Source: a virus. From it: a stretch of DNA of 64,000 nt. The stretch spans positions 20,961 through 84,960 of IMG/VR virus record IMGVR_UViG_3300045988_077625, one strand, 5' to 3'. The position numbers were made by a program, and so were the translations under genes. Positions 9,832 through 19,331 of this stretch are shown here, piece by piece. Numbering within the stretch: position 1 is the stretch's first letter; each line of letters opens with the position of its first letter. The notes below the pieces were generated by a model. The model saw nothing but the letters and a program-made list of their open reading frames with translations, had not been told where the DNA came from and ran no database searches.

Positions 9832-10792
9832 TGATATAATCTAACACTTTAGCCATACCAAGCCCCTTAGCAGGGATCCACTTACCAGAATCATCATATT
9901 TACCTCCACGCATACAATAATCATAAAGTTGTGGATGGGTATTAGCTAATGTTTGGAAACGATTTGGTTCTTTTTCAAGGTGACACCCAAATCCACAGAA
10001 CACACAACCTGTTCTTTTGTAATTTGTGAAGTATAGCAAACCGTTTGCTTCTTTTAGCTCTCCATATACAGATGCATATGGAAGATTATGTTTCTTGATA
10101 TAATGAAGAATATCTTGCTCCGTCCAAAATGCGAGCGGCGTTGAAATTGGTTCTTTCAAATTAAACGCATTACATCCTTGTTGTAGCCAATTTTATTCTC
10201 GTCTTTCAGATTCTACAGTCATTACAGCCGTCATCGGATGTAGTCCCGTTTTGTGATAATAATGCTTCAATGGTTCTTTCTTCATTTTATTGCAACAATT
10301 ATCACCTATTGGAACGTCGCAATTACTTAAATATCTCCATTTAAGAGGTAGCATTTTTGTTGTTGCTTTCTTTCCTGTACTTGTAATTCCAGTAAGTCTT
10401 AAATTTCTTGTTTTTATGTTTCTTTCAGGGGGATTTTGTAAGTCCCATATCATTCTTGAGCATTGTTTAGAAATAACTGGATAACCGAATTTCGTTACAA
10501 CTTCACCAAATGTTAGTTTTGGCTTGACGATAGCAACGTTGTCAAACGATTTCACAAATGTTCTAATTTCAGGAAATTCAAGCCCAGTATCAGAATAAAC
10601 AGCAATCACATCAGGATATACATTCCGCACTAAATCAAGCAAGACCGTACTGTCTTTGCCTCTACTAAAAGAAACTGCGACCTTTCCATCCCAATGTTCA
10701 TACCATTCAATAATACGAGCCGTACTAATCTGAATCTTTTCTTCAAGAGATTTGGATTGTAGCTCTTTCAAATCTTCCTTTGTATGATTCAT
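9719..10792 (-). pseudogene. PAPS-reductase/DndC-like PP-loop ATPase interrupted by one in-frame TAA (10193-10195)
   Basis: SFSRGKDST PP-loop. The two track ORFs (10193..10792 and 9719..10159) are in the same frame: ..ESERRE-TAA-NWLQQGCNAFNLKEPISTPLAFWTEQDILHYI. C-terminal part has CVFCGFGCHLE. Confidence 0.7.
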
Positions 10793-11883
10793 TTCACAAA
10801 TTTCTCCTTATATTCAACGACCGCGTTCACAAATTCATCAATGCCCTCACATGTTGTATTTTCTCCAAAAGACACTCTAACAACACGACTTGCTTCATCA
10901 TTAGCTAAGCCACAAGCATTGAGCACTCTGAAATCATGTAGACTTGAACAGGTAGAACCGCCAATACCAATATAGATTTGCTTAGATGCTAGATATTGCT
11001 GTAAGCTGTCAGCGTTAATATCATCAAACATAATAGCGTTGATAGCAGACACGCTACGTGCTGGTTCATTTGCATTCGACTTATCTGGTTTCAACGCATT
11101 ATTGACAACAGCACCGTGAATATCATTATCAGTGAATTTATCAAGCATATATCGGTATAGTTCATATGCTCTTGCCTCATGCTCCTCTGCGTTCTTACAA
11201 GCATCTTCAGTAGCATCAACAATAGCCATCGCACCAACAAGATTAGGCGTACCATGCAGCTTGAAATCACCAAGACAATCATTGAGTTTATCAGATAACC
11301 ACATAGCACCAATGCCGCCCTCAGTACCAAGCTTGTGTCCACTCCAAATAGCACAGTCGCACCATTGGTCAATATTGGCTGGAATTGGAGCTTTGCCAAT
11401 CATAGCGGTCATATCGCAAATATAGAATGAATGGAATCCATGACAGATTGTGCCGATTTGCTCAATATGGAAAATTTCACCTGTGATATTATTGACCCCT
11501 TGCCAGATGACACATCCTCTATATCCTCTATATCCTCTATTCTTAGTTAGAGCATCCTTAAGTTGAATTATATTGGCTACTCTTGTTACTAAGAATCGGT
11601 CGAACGAATCATGTTCATATGTCGAGCCAATAACATACTCTGTGAATCTGCGCTTACCATTGACTTCCCAATTCATCAAATTCTCAACCATCTGACTACT
11701 TGTGCCACCAAATACAACCTTGCCGCTCTTAGCACCAATAGCCGCCTTTACCCTATTTGCACAATCATCAAGCAATTTCTGTTCCTTATAAGCATAATTG
11801 GCATTAGAGTTTAGAAACGAGCCGTATTTACTACATGGATATTTAGTGAACGGATTAGTTGCAGCATAATCTAAATAAATCAA
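10789..11883 (-). CDS. class V aminotransferase / cysteine desulfurase-like, copy 2
   Basis: MIYLDYAATNP, WSGHKLG, GGSTCSS Cys loop. 4-nt overlap with the PP-loop gene. Confidence 0.7.
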   Translation of the reverse strand: MIYLDYAATNPFTKYPCSKYGSFLNSNANYAYKEQKLLDDCANRVKAAIGAKSGKVVFGGTSSQMVENLMNWEVNGKRRFTEYVIGSTYEHDSFDRFLVTRVANIIQLKDALTKNRGYRGYRGCVIWQGVNNITGEIFHIEQIGTICHGFHSFYICDMTAMIGKAPIPANIDQWCDCAIWSGHKLGTEGGIGAMWLSDKLNDCLGDFKLHGTPNLVGAMAIVDATEDACKNAEEHEARAYELYRYMLDKFTDNDIHGAVVNNALKPDKSNANEPARSVSAINAIMFDDINADSLQQYLASKQIYIGIGGSTCSSLHDFRVLNACGLANDEASRVVRVSFGENTTCEGIDEFVNAVVEYKEKFVK

Positions 11884-13493
11884 TTAAAATATTCACTCCA
11901 ATCAATTTCATTTTCATTTGGTTTATCAACAATCTCATATCGTTCAATGATTGCTTGTGGCTTAATCTGCCCATTATATTCGTTCAACCCAAGCGATACT
12001 ACTACCTCTATGGATTTGCCCTGTGCTGATTCAAATTGGTTTGCTTCTTCATTACTAACAAAGAATTTAATGAATTCAATGCCATCCTGAATTAGCTTAA
12101 CAGTAGTTGAGCGATTACGATATACATAGATTTGAGGAGAAGGCAGGGTTAGATGGAATAACGGACTTGGCACACCTTGACCCCATAGGATATTATTTTC
12201 TACACACACATTTGCAAGATTGCGTGTAATATTATTAGGCGCGATCTGAGCCGCCACCTCAATATCTGGCTCTACGTCCAAATCAAGTCCATCTAAGAAT
12301 CGCGCAAATCGCTTGAGATTGGACTTTTTTACTGTGATACCAGCTGCCGCATCATGTCCTTGACATTTAGCTAATCCTGATTTATTGATAATTTCAAGCA
12401 AATCAATAGGACTACGCATCGAGCCAGACCATGTTGTACTGTTTAGTTCTCTCAGCAGGAATGTGGGCTTATTATATTTCCCACAAAATTTATTGGCTAC
12501 AAGCCCTAAATAGGATTTATTCTCAGGTTCACCAAAGCCGATAATAACCTTATGAGACGTATCAAGCCCATCTGATAGCTTATCTACAACCTTCTTGACT
12601 TGATAATCCTGTTTGGACTTTACGGCTTTCATAGCCTTTACGGCGGCTTCTGGCTCAATCTTACCAATCAGCGCATCAAAGAATAACCGCTTAGTAGACT
12701 GGTCATCACTACGAGCAAGCGCATTGGCAAGAGGCGCAATACCAAATGCCACACCCTCTGGATTAACGCCACGATTGCAACAATGCTCTAAGCAGTATTT
12801 GATGAATGGATTAGTTGGATTAGTTAATCCGTCATATACATACTTACGGTTCTCAAGTGAACGTAAGCTGCAAATATCAGAGATTAGGCTAACAGCTACT
12901 AAATCCTTGAAAGATTGAGTCGAGCCAAGCGCACAAGCAAATTTTTCTACAACACCTGTACCACTAATGTCTTTATTGATATTCGGCGCATTGTCGGCTC
13001 GATACGGGTTGACTACAACGGCGTGTTGATTCTTTCGCTCAATGATATGGTGGTCAAGAACAAGACAAGTGCATTTATGCTGTTCCAGCTCTAAACAAGC
13101 GTCATTTTCATTAGAGCTTGAATCAGGCAAGATAAGAAAATCAATATGCGCATCAATAATATCTTGCATCAGGTCTTGTATACCATGCTGCTTTCCAGAA
13201 TGGAATAGTACTACTGGTTCTTTCTTTCCAAATTCTTTACATAGCAAATATGCGATTGCCGCTGATAAGTTGCCATCTCCGTCAGAATCGGCAACGATGC
13301 CAATTTGAATATCGTCATTAGCATACTTGAACATATCAACAGCCACATCCATATTCTTGTACATATCAGGCGATTGATATTCAATCTTATCTGGATTTAG
13401 ATATGAGTCAATATCATCTATACCACAAGCGGATAAATATTCCCTTAAAAATGTGGCTTCATTAAGGGAATTAAGTAGTGGATGAATTTTAAT
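11880..13493 (-). CDS. RecJ-like DHH-family ssDNA exonuclease; start probably ATT at 13493
   Basis: DSDGDGNLSAAI and LDHH motifs. The frame stays open 43 codons upstream of the first ATG and encodes the RecJ-like N-terminus IKIHPLLNSLNEATFLREYLSACGIDDIDSYLNP. Only ATT/ATA codons are available after GGAGG (13504-13508). Confidence 0.7.
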   Translation of the reverse strand: MKIHPLLNSLNEATFLREYLSACGIDDIDSYLNPDKIEYQSPDMYKNMDVAVDMFKYANDDIQIGIVADSDGDGNLSAAIAYLLCKEFGKKEPVVLFHSGKQHGIQDLMQDIIDAHIDFLILPDSSSNENDACLELEQHKCTCLVLDHHIIERKNQHAVVVNPYRADNAPNINKDISGTGVVEKFACALGSTQSFKDLVAVSLISDICSLRSLENRKYVYDGLTNPTNPFIKYCLEHCCNRGVNPEGVAFGIAPLANALARSDDQSTKRLFFDALIGKIEPEAAVKAMKAVKSKQDYQVKKVVDKLSDGLDTSHKVIIGFGEPENKSYLGLVANKFCGKYNKPTFLLRELNSTTWSGSMRSPIDLLEIINKSGLAKCQGHDAAAGITVKKSNLKRFARFLDGLDLDVEPDIEVAAQIAPNNITRNLANVCVENNILWGQGVPSPLFHLTLPSPQIYVYRNRSTTVKLIQDGIEFIKFFVSNEEANQFESAQGKSIEVVVSLGLNEYNGQIKPQAIIERYEIVDKPNENEIDWSEYFN

Positions 13494-13525
13494 ATAAAAT
13501 CAACCTCCTTATTATTGATATAGTG

Positions 13526-13554
13526 ATTATATCATAAAGAGGTTGATTTGTCAA
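13526..13554 (-). promoter_or_regulatory. sigma70-type promoter (extended -10)
   Basis: Minus strand reads TTGACA-17-TATAAT with TGa. Confidence 0.7.
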
Positions 13555-13565
13555 GTATTAAATTA

Positions 13566-13838
13566 TCAAATTTCTTCAACTAGCACATATTCATTATCCC
13601 AAGTACTAATATAATACAGACCACCATGGTCAAGCCCAAGAAAATCAGTTTCGTTTTCTGTAAGCATCCTGACGTCCTCTGCGTCTCGATTGAGAAATTC
13701 TACCATAGAATCAATATCATCAATTCGAGCATTCTTGAACGATTCAACATCCTTATATTCATCTCTGAGATGAGGATCGTCCTTAAACAACATAAAAGCC
13801 TCCTCTACTTCCATGACATTGAGCGTGATTTTCTTCAT
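13566..13838 (-). CDS. hypothetical protein
   Basis: Track ORF 13566..13910. ATG (MKKITL..) after GGAGG lies downstream of promoter 13882..13910. Confidence 0.5.
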   Translation of the reverse strand: MKKITLNVMEVEEAFMLFKDDPHLRDEYKDVESFKNARIDDIDSMVEFLNRDAEDVRMLTENETDFLGLDHGGLYYISTWDNEYVLVEEI

Positions 13839-13881
13839 ATTATAATCCTCCAAATATATATTAGCCGGTTGGCTTAAATAT

Positions 13882-13910
13882 AGAATAGCACAAAAACATT
13901 GATTTGTCAA
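13882..13910 (-). promoter_or_regulatory. sigma70-type promoter
   Basis: Minus strand reads TTGACA-17-TATTCT with TGc. Confidence 0.55.
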
Positions 13911-13920
13911 GTATTATTTT

Positions 13921-14112
13921 TTACCTAAAAATTGTGCCATCCCAAGGCTTATATTCATAGCCGCAACGAGGACAATAATTAGCCTCAACTAGCTCATAGT
14001 GATAACCACATCTAGCACAAACACTATACCATGAGCCATTTGTATTATATCTGTGTTTCCATTTTAGCCTTGTTTCATATAGTGGCTTATATTTACCATA
14101 TTTTCTCTGCAT
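13921..14112 (-). CDS. small zinc-ribbon protein
   Basis: CARCGY...CPRCGY. Confidence 0.5.
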   Translation of the reverse strand: MQRKYGKYKPLYETRLKWKHRYNTNGSWYSVCARCGYHYELVEANYCPRCGYEYKPWDGTIFR

Positions 14113-14238
14113 TGCTCAGTACATTCAAATGGCTCTTTAGTAGCCCAACATTCTATCCTAACTACAGTGCGCTCTTTGCCATCCACATATCGTTGATACC
14201 GGCATTCATGTGCATATTTACATTCGCTTTTCATAACA

Positions 14239-14715
14239 TTATCTCTCTTTCATAAATGCCATCCAATGTGTTTTCTGCAATTTACCAGATTTATGTCCGT
14301 ACATTGGCTCGTATCCAATAACTCGAATTATTTTTGATACAGGAATGTCCGTTTCGTTCCATTTGAAAATTAGCGTTCCATTTGGCTTTAAGACCCTCAT
14401 ACATTCAGAGAATCCCTCGTGTAGCGTCTTTTCCCAATCCTCTTTAAGTACACCATATTTCTTTGCCATCCATGAATTTTCTCCAAGTGTAATCATGTGT
14501 GGAGGGTCAAATACAACGTGCCAAAAAGTATTATCATCAAATGGTAAATTAGTAAAATCAGTAATAATGTCTGGTTTGATAATTAGTTTGCGCCCATCAC
14601 ATAGATTAGCATTTAACTCTCTACAATCACAAAATTCAACATCTGGATTATTTTTATCAAACCAGAACATCTTACTTCCGCAACATGGGTCTAATACCCT
14701 TTTTTCTGTTCTCAT
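14239..14715 (-). CDS. small SAM-dependent (DNA N6A/N4C-type) methyltransferase
   Basis: LDPCCGS (motif I-like) followed by FDPPH (motif IV-like). Confidence 0.6.
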   Translation of the reverse strand: MRTEKRVLDPCCGSKMFWFDKNNPDVEFCDCRELNANLCDGRKLIIKPDIITDFTNLPFDDNTFWHVVFDPPHMITLGENSWMAKKYGVLKEDWEKTLHEGFSECMRVLKPNGTLIFKWNETDIPVSKIIRVIGYEPMYGHKSGKLQKTHWMAFMKER

Positions 14716-14767
14716 ACTCTTACCCTACTTTCCCATAATTTCATAGCTTGCTCATATGGTAGGTCCA

Positions 14768-15502
14768 TCATATTGCATTTGCAGAAGCAGCAAATTCACC
14801 ATAATATTTTAATTCCGCTTTAACTCTTGCATTTATTGCATCTTGCAAATTCTTATAACATCCAAGATATATATTCTTTTTGTTGACGAAAATATATGCC
14901 TCATATCTGTCTTTATAAGCCCTATACGTTATTCCTATCTTGCCACATTTGTTTGTTATTGAATTGTGACGATTCATACAATTTTGAGATGGCGTACAAA
15001 TTCTCAAATTGTTTCTTCTATTATCTAGCTTGTCGCCATTTATATGGTCTACGAATTTATCTTGTGGCGCATTCATCAAAAATCTATGTAACGATATTCT
15101 TTTATTTTTATCAATGCTATGCGTCGCTATATATCCGTCCGACGTTACATTCCAATAAAGATTTTTAACCGTATCATAATCTTGTATGTCAAAAATAAAT
15201 CGTGTTCCATTTTCACAATATCCAACACAAACATCATCTTGAATATCAAACTGATTGTATTTTTTATTGATTTCAACAAATTTATCAATTTTATAACATC
15301 CACACGATGTTGTTTTCCCGTTTTTAAGATATGGTAGTCTTACTGTTATCTCTTTGCCACAGTCACATTTACATCTAACCAATCTTGCACGGCTCTTTCC
15401 TGATGGGGATTCATACCAACCGTCATCCCCAATAACAACCAGCCTACCAAACCGTTCCCCTATTGGAGTTGGATTATAGCATACGCCTTTTGCTTTTGAC
15501 AT
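14768..15502 (-). CDS. HNH homing endonuclease with AP2-like domain
   Basis: VDHINGDKLDNRRNNLRICTPSQN. C-terminal YRAYKDRYEAYI..LGCYKNLQDAINAR. ATG (MSKAKG) follows AGGAAAGGA. Confidence 0.75.
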   Translation of the reverse strand: MSKAKGVCYNPTPIGERFGRLVVIGDDGWYESPSGKSRARLVRCKCDCGKEITVRLPYLKNGKTTSCGCYKIDKFVEINKKYNQFDIQDDVCVGYCENGTRFIFDIQDYDTVKNLYWNVTSDGYIATHSIDKNKRISLHRFLMNAPQDKFVDHINGDKLDNRRNNLRICTPSQNCMNRHNSITNKCGKIGITYRAYKDRYEAYIFVNKKNIYLGCYKNLQDAINARVKAELKYYGEFAASANAI

Positions 15503-15613
15503 GATTTTATTATCCTTTCCTACCAAAAGATTTTTATATAGAGTAAAGCGCAGAGAGTAGGCCCTACGCTTCTAAAAGGAATAAGTTGTACACCTTACCC
15601 TACCTCTATCCTA

Positions 15614-15642
15614 ATTATACCACAATCTCATATATTTGTCAA
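15614..15642 (-). promoter_or_regulatory. sigma70-type promoter (extended -10) for the HNH-AP2 gene
   Basis: Minus strand reads TTGACA-17-TATAAT with TGg. The -35 overlaps the primase 3' end. About 100 nt of structured leader follows. Confidence 0.7.
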
Positions 15643-16694
15643 GATATTTTTACACGATTTTCAAAAATTTTTTTCATTTGCTCGTCCGTGAAATCCATTG
15701 GACTGTATTTATATCCATCATATCCTTGATTGTTGTAGGCACAAAATACTGTGAAATATGGAGTGAGGCGACGCGCAATCTTTTTTATCTTTGCTACGAA
15801 AAATCTAAAATCTTCACCTTTGGTATCAATAAAATCTGAATCAAAACCAATCGTTACTTCATTTACACCAAGCTCTAACAACAATTGTATATGTTGCTTA
15901 GACACATTTGACCCAAATACAGCCAATGTATTATTTATTCCTTTTGATGCAGCTTTTAAGCAAGATTTCTCAGCTTCAAATAATATAACGCTCTTACACT
16001 TGCTGATTATGTCCTTATTTTGATCATAGGCATAAAATAGTTGACCGCTTGGGAATTTTAATACTGTCCCATCTAATGTGCATATTGGTCTATATTTGCC
16101 TTTAACTATATCCTGCTCTCTTGTATATCTCCCCCTTACGCCTACTAGTTGTCCATTAAACACAACAGGTATGGAAATACACGCCTGACGCGCATACCAG
16201 CCTATACCAAATTTATCAAGTGTATCTGCTGAAATGCCGTAATCCAGCCATTCTTGCGGATATAAATGGTCAAATAGAGATAATATAGACTTGTCATATG
16301 TCAAAAGTTTATCTGGCTCTGGATCGGCATTAGGTAGAAATCTACGCAATTCAGACCAATTATCAATCTGCTCATCTTGCTCTATTTGCCCCACTTGTAG
16401 ATGCAAGACAGAGCAGATATATGATACAGCTTGATTAAAGTCAATATGCTTAACATGCTGAACTAGAGATATAGTGTCACCTGAAAAATGACATACAAAA
16501 CAAAACCAGTTTTGAGATTCAATGTAGTAATAAAGGCGCGGCTTATGAGCTTGGCAATCATCCCCATGATGGCATATACTTGGGAATATCAGATTATTAC
16601 TATCAGCCTTCATCAATGGAGCACCCATAGCATCCATTAGCTCTATAATGCGGTCATCGGTTAATTGGGATTTGAGAGATTGGATGTCGATCAT
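15639..16694 (-). CDS. dnaG: DnaG-type DNA primase
   Basis: CHC2-like zinc finger (CHHGDDC..FCFVCH) and Toprim residues (EAEKS, DSD). Confidence 0.8.
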   Translation of the reverse strand: MIDIQSLKSQLTDDRIIELMDAMGAPLMKADSNNLIFPSICHHGDDCQAHKPRLYYYIESQNWFCFVCHFSGDTISLVQHVKHIDFNQAVSYICSVLHLQVGQIEQDEQIDNWSELRRFLPNADPEPDKLLTYDKSILSLFDHLYPQEWLDYGISADTLDKFGIGWYARQACISIPVVFNGQLVGVRGRYTREQDIVKGKYRPICTLDGTVLKFPSGQLFYAYDQNKDIISKCKSVILFEAEKSCLKAASKGINNTLAVFGSNVSKQHIQLLLELGVNEVTIGFDSDFIDTKGEDFRFFVAKIKKIARRLTPYFTVFCAYNNQGYDGYKYSPMDFTDEQMKKIFENRVKIS

Positions 16695-18163
16695 TTAGCA
16701 TATACCAATCGTGTTCGTTGAAGCTGATAGGGGTTATCAAATTTAGTAGTTACAAAACAATCCTTTGTTCGACCTGTATTCAAATCAAGATGGAAATATA
16801 TCTTAATGCCCTGTTCAACCTGTGAGAAGCGCATCTTATAACATGATAATACACGATTCGGCTTTACTTTATTAGGATATTTCTCCATCATCATATCAGC
16901 TATTTCTTGCTCTTTACGACGCAACGGCATGATTACGCCAGCCACATCAGCCTTGTTCTGAATTGCTCTTGAACCAGCTGCAACGCCGCTATCCATAATC
17001 TCCTGAGTCATGGCATTAGCATTAACCTGAGTAAATGTCAAGACAGCAATATTATATTCAACAGCTAAATCCTTGAGCTTACTTGCTATACCAGATAGCA
17101 CTTGATCTGAACGAGTAGACACGCCATTCTTTTTAGCCAAATCGCTTGATACAGATGATGATTCAACAATGTAATCATAACAAAGATAGCCTACATTTTT
17201 GTTTACCACATAATCCTTTACATACGATTCAATCAAATCAACCGTATAATTAGGCATAGTGACGATATATAGCTTAGATTCATGCAAGATTTTAATAGCC
17301 TCATCTACACGTTCTTCTTCGCCTTCCTCATATCGCCCATTTAAGATACTAAAGCATGGCACGCCGCTAATTGTAGCCACAATCTTAGGCGTGATTTCAG
17401 TATCCCCAGCCATCTCAAATTGGAGATATAGACCAGCCTTATGCTGATAACATGGATTATCTATATATTGCCCCTTGTTTATGTCATAGATTCTAGGACA
17501 ACATACTTGCACAAGATTAGCCAAGCCAATAGTTGACTTGCCTACACCTGAGCCGACTGAATAGATAGATAGCTGTCCCGGAATCCAACCTCTAGCAGCT
17601 GTGTTCAAATATTCGCTAAAGGTCGTTGCGCCGAATAGCGGCTCTGCCTTAAAGCCCTCTTTAATCGCTTCAAATCCGTCGCCAGCTTTTAGCTCATCTA
17701 TATCTTTATCTTTGTAGAATTGCTTTTTTATAGCTATCTGCTGTGCGTCAAAATATTGTACTATGTCCTCTATTGTCGCTTTATTATCTTGTTCAAATTT
17801 ATCTATGTTGTATCCAACTGTCTTGTATGAGCGAAGCAATGTAGCTCGTCGCGTGTTGTTGTAATAGACCTCAAAGTTCCCAACATTGGCAAGCTGCTTG
17901 ACTGTATCAATGAAATCGTCTAGTTGATTCAGCTTGAATATATCCTCTACCCTTTTGTTGTTCTTACATAGCATATAGAGGTCTAGTGCTGATATAGACT
18001 CAGCTCCACGCTTAGCCAAAGCGACACAGCCCTGCCACAATCTGAGGTGAAAATCGACCGTGAAATCTTCACGACTCAATGGGTACTTATCAGAAATAGC
18101 AAGAGAAGGCTTGATTAGCAAACAACCTAATAGTAACCTAACAGAATTTTGGTCATAGAGCAT
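16691..18163 (-). CDS. dnaB: DnaB-type replicative helicase
   Basis: Walker A GSGVGKST, DnaB-like N-terminal domain, 4-nt overlap with the primase gene. Confidence 0.8.
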   Translation of the reverse strand: MLYDQNSVRLLLGCLLIKPSLAISDKYPLSREDFTVDFHLRLWQGCVALAKRGAESISALDLYMLCKNNKRVEDIFKLNQLDDFIDTVKQLANVGNFEVYYNNTRRATLLRSYKTVGYNIDKFEQDNKATIEDIVQYFDAQQIAIKKQFYKDKDIDELKAGDGFEAIKEGFKAEPLFGATTFSEYLNTAARGWIPGQLSIYSVGSGVGKSTIGLANLVQVCCPRIYDINKGQYIDNPCYQHKAGLYLQFEMAGDTEITPKIVATISGVPCFSILNGRYEEGEEERVDEAIKILHESKLYIVTMPNYTVDLIESYVKDYVVNKNVGYLCYDYIVESSSVSSDLAKKNGVSTRSDQVLSGIASKLKDLAVEYNIAVLTFTQVNANAMTQEIMDSGVAAGSRAIQNKADVAGVIMPLRRKEQEIADMMMEKYPNKVKPNRVLSCYKMRFSQVEQGIKIYFHLDLNTGRTKDCFVTTKFDNPYQLQRTRLVYAK

Positions 18164-18645
18164 TATCCAAACACATTCTCCTCATCATTTCTTTTCACAA
18201 TCGTCTCAACCCCATCTTCAGCTTGCCATTGTTGTATATTTTGTTTTACCTGATTTAACCAAGCATAATATTTTTTACATTCATCATATTTATATTTGAC
18301 CAGTCCAAGCGGCGATTTAGATATATCTAATCCTTGCTCTTTATGAATATATCTGATAGTATAAGCAATACCACCATATGTCATATCAGGATTATCTTTC
18401 ATTAACTGAGCAAGCTGTATGCCCACAAGCCGCATATTAGCATCAGGGGCAATTTGGCGTATATAATCTAGCAACTTGCGCCTATCATCTTTTGATTCTG
18501 TCTTGGGCTTAGCGGTATGAGCATTGATGTAATCTTGCTTACATTGCTCACAGCAGAAATAGAATTTAGGCTTATATTCGATTGCATCTTGTTTTGTCCT
18601 TGATTTACCGCATTGGCGGCATTTAATTTTAGATGACTTGCTCAT
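18163..18645 (-). CDS. hypothetical zinc-ribbon protein (replication accessory?)
   Basis: ATG (MSKSSKIKCRQCG..CCEQC) follows GGGAGG. Abuts dnaB. Confidence 0.5.
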   Translation of the reverse strand: MSKSSKIKCRQCGKSRTKQDAIEYKPKFYFCCEQCKQDYINAHTAKPKTESKDDRRKLLDYIRQIAPDANMRLVGIQLAQLMKDNPDMTYGGIAYTIRYIHKEQGLDISKSPLGLVKYKYDECKKYYAWLNQVKQNIQQWQAEDGVETIVKRNDEENVFG

Positions 18646-18676
18646 AAAACAACCTCCCGTTTCATTTGTTGACTTA

Positions 18677-18705
18677 ATTATAGCATAGAAATAGGAGGTT
18701 GTCAA
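18677..18705 (-). promoter_or_regulatory. sigma70-type promoter (extended -10)
   Basis: Minus strand reads TTGACA-17-TATAAT with TGc. The TGA stop of the upstream gene lies inside TTGACA. Confidence 0.7.
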
Positions 18706-19331
18706 GAAGAAATTATCTCATATTCTAACATCCACTTATCAATTTCTTCTTGGCTCATAGCCACATCTGTTCGCTTACAATCAACCACACTAAGACCGCT
18801 AGGATGCGTTATAACCCGATTTTTCTCTATGCTATATCCTGCATCATATTCAAGATGCAATCGGCATATACAGCCTTCACAGCCGTCAGGACGTTTGATA
18901 TTAAACACCCTAGGCGAATCGCCGCATATATTCAAGAATCTGCTTGAATCAATCCATTGTCCATCCATTTCTATATTCATGTTATCAGGCGCATTATCTT
19001 CAACTATGCGGCAATATTGTACATTATAATACAATGATTTTTTCCATTCATTGATATTGCCTGATACCAATAGCCTAGTAGGCATATCAGATTTTTTCAT
19101 TGTATAATAATGTTTATTTTTGAGGTATATATAGCTGTCTATTCGTGGGTGGATATATTGCGCCATATTAAGCCATGATTTGATTTGCGACTCATTCCAT
19201 TTGCGGCTTAATGTTTGGCTCATGGTGAGACATTGATTGTTGGCGATGACGCTGAATTTGATTTTCATATGAGTCTGATATATGTCAATTCGCAGCTCTT
19301 GCAGTTGAGCTACACATAGAAATCTATTCAT
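18702..19331 (-). CDS. hypothetical protein
   Basis: Track ORF with a 4-nt overlap to the radical SAM gene. Confidence 0.5.
   Translation of the reverse strand: MNRFLCVAQLQELRIDIYQTHMKIKFSVIANNQCLTMSQTLSRKWNESQIKSWLNMAQYIHPRIDSYIYLKNKHYYTMKKSDMPTRLLVSGNINEWKKSLYYNVQYCRIVEDNAPDNMNIEMDGQWIDSSRFLNICGDSPRVFNIKRPDGCEGCICRLHLEYDAGYSIEKNRVITHPSGLSVVDCKRTDVAMSQEEIDKWMLEYEIISS

Noticed and set aside
14064-14234. A 56-codon minus-strand ORF (MKSECKYAHECRYQRYVDGK...) between the small methyltransferase gene and the zinc-ribbon gene.
   Set aside because: It has no clear SD, and it overlaps the start of 13921..14112 by about 50 nt. It is possible, but not supported well enough to list as a feature.
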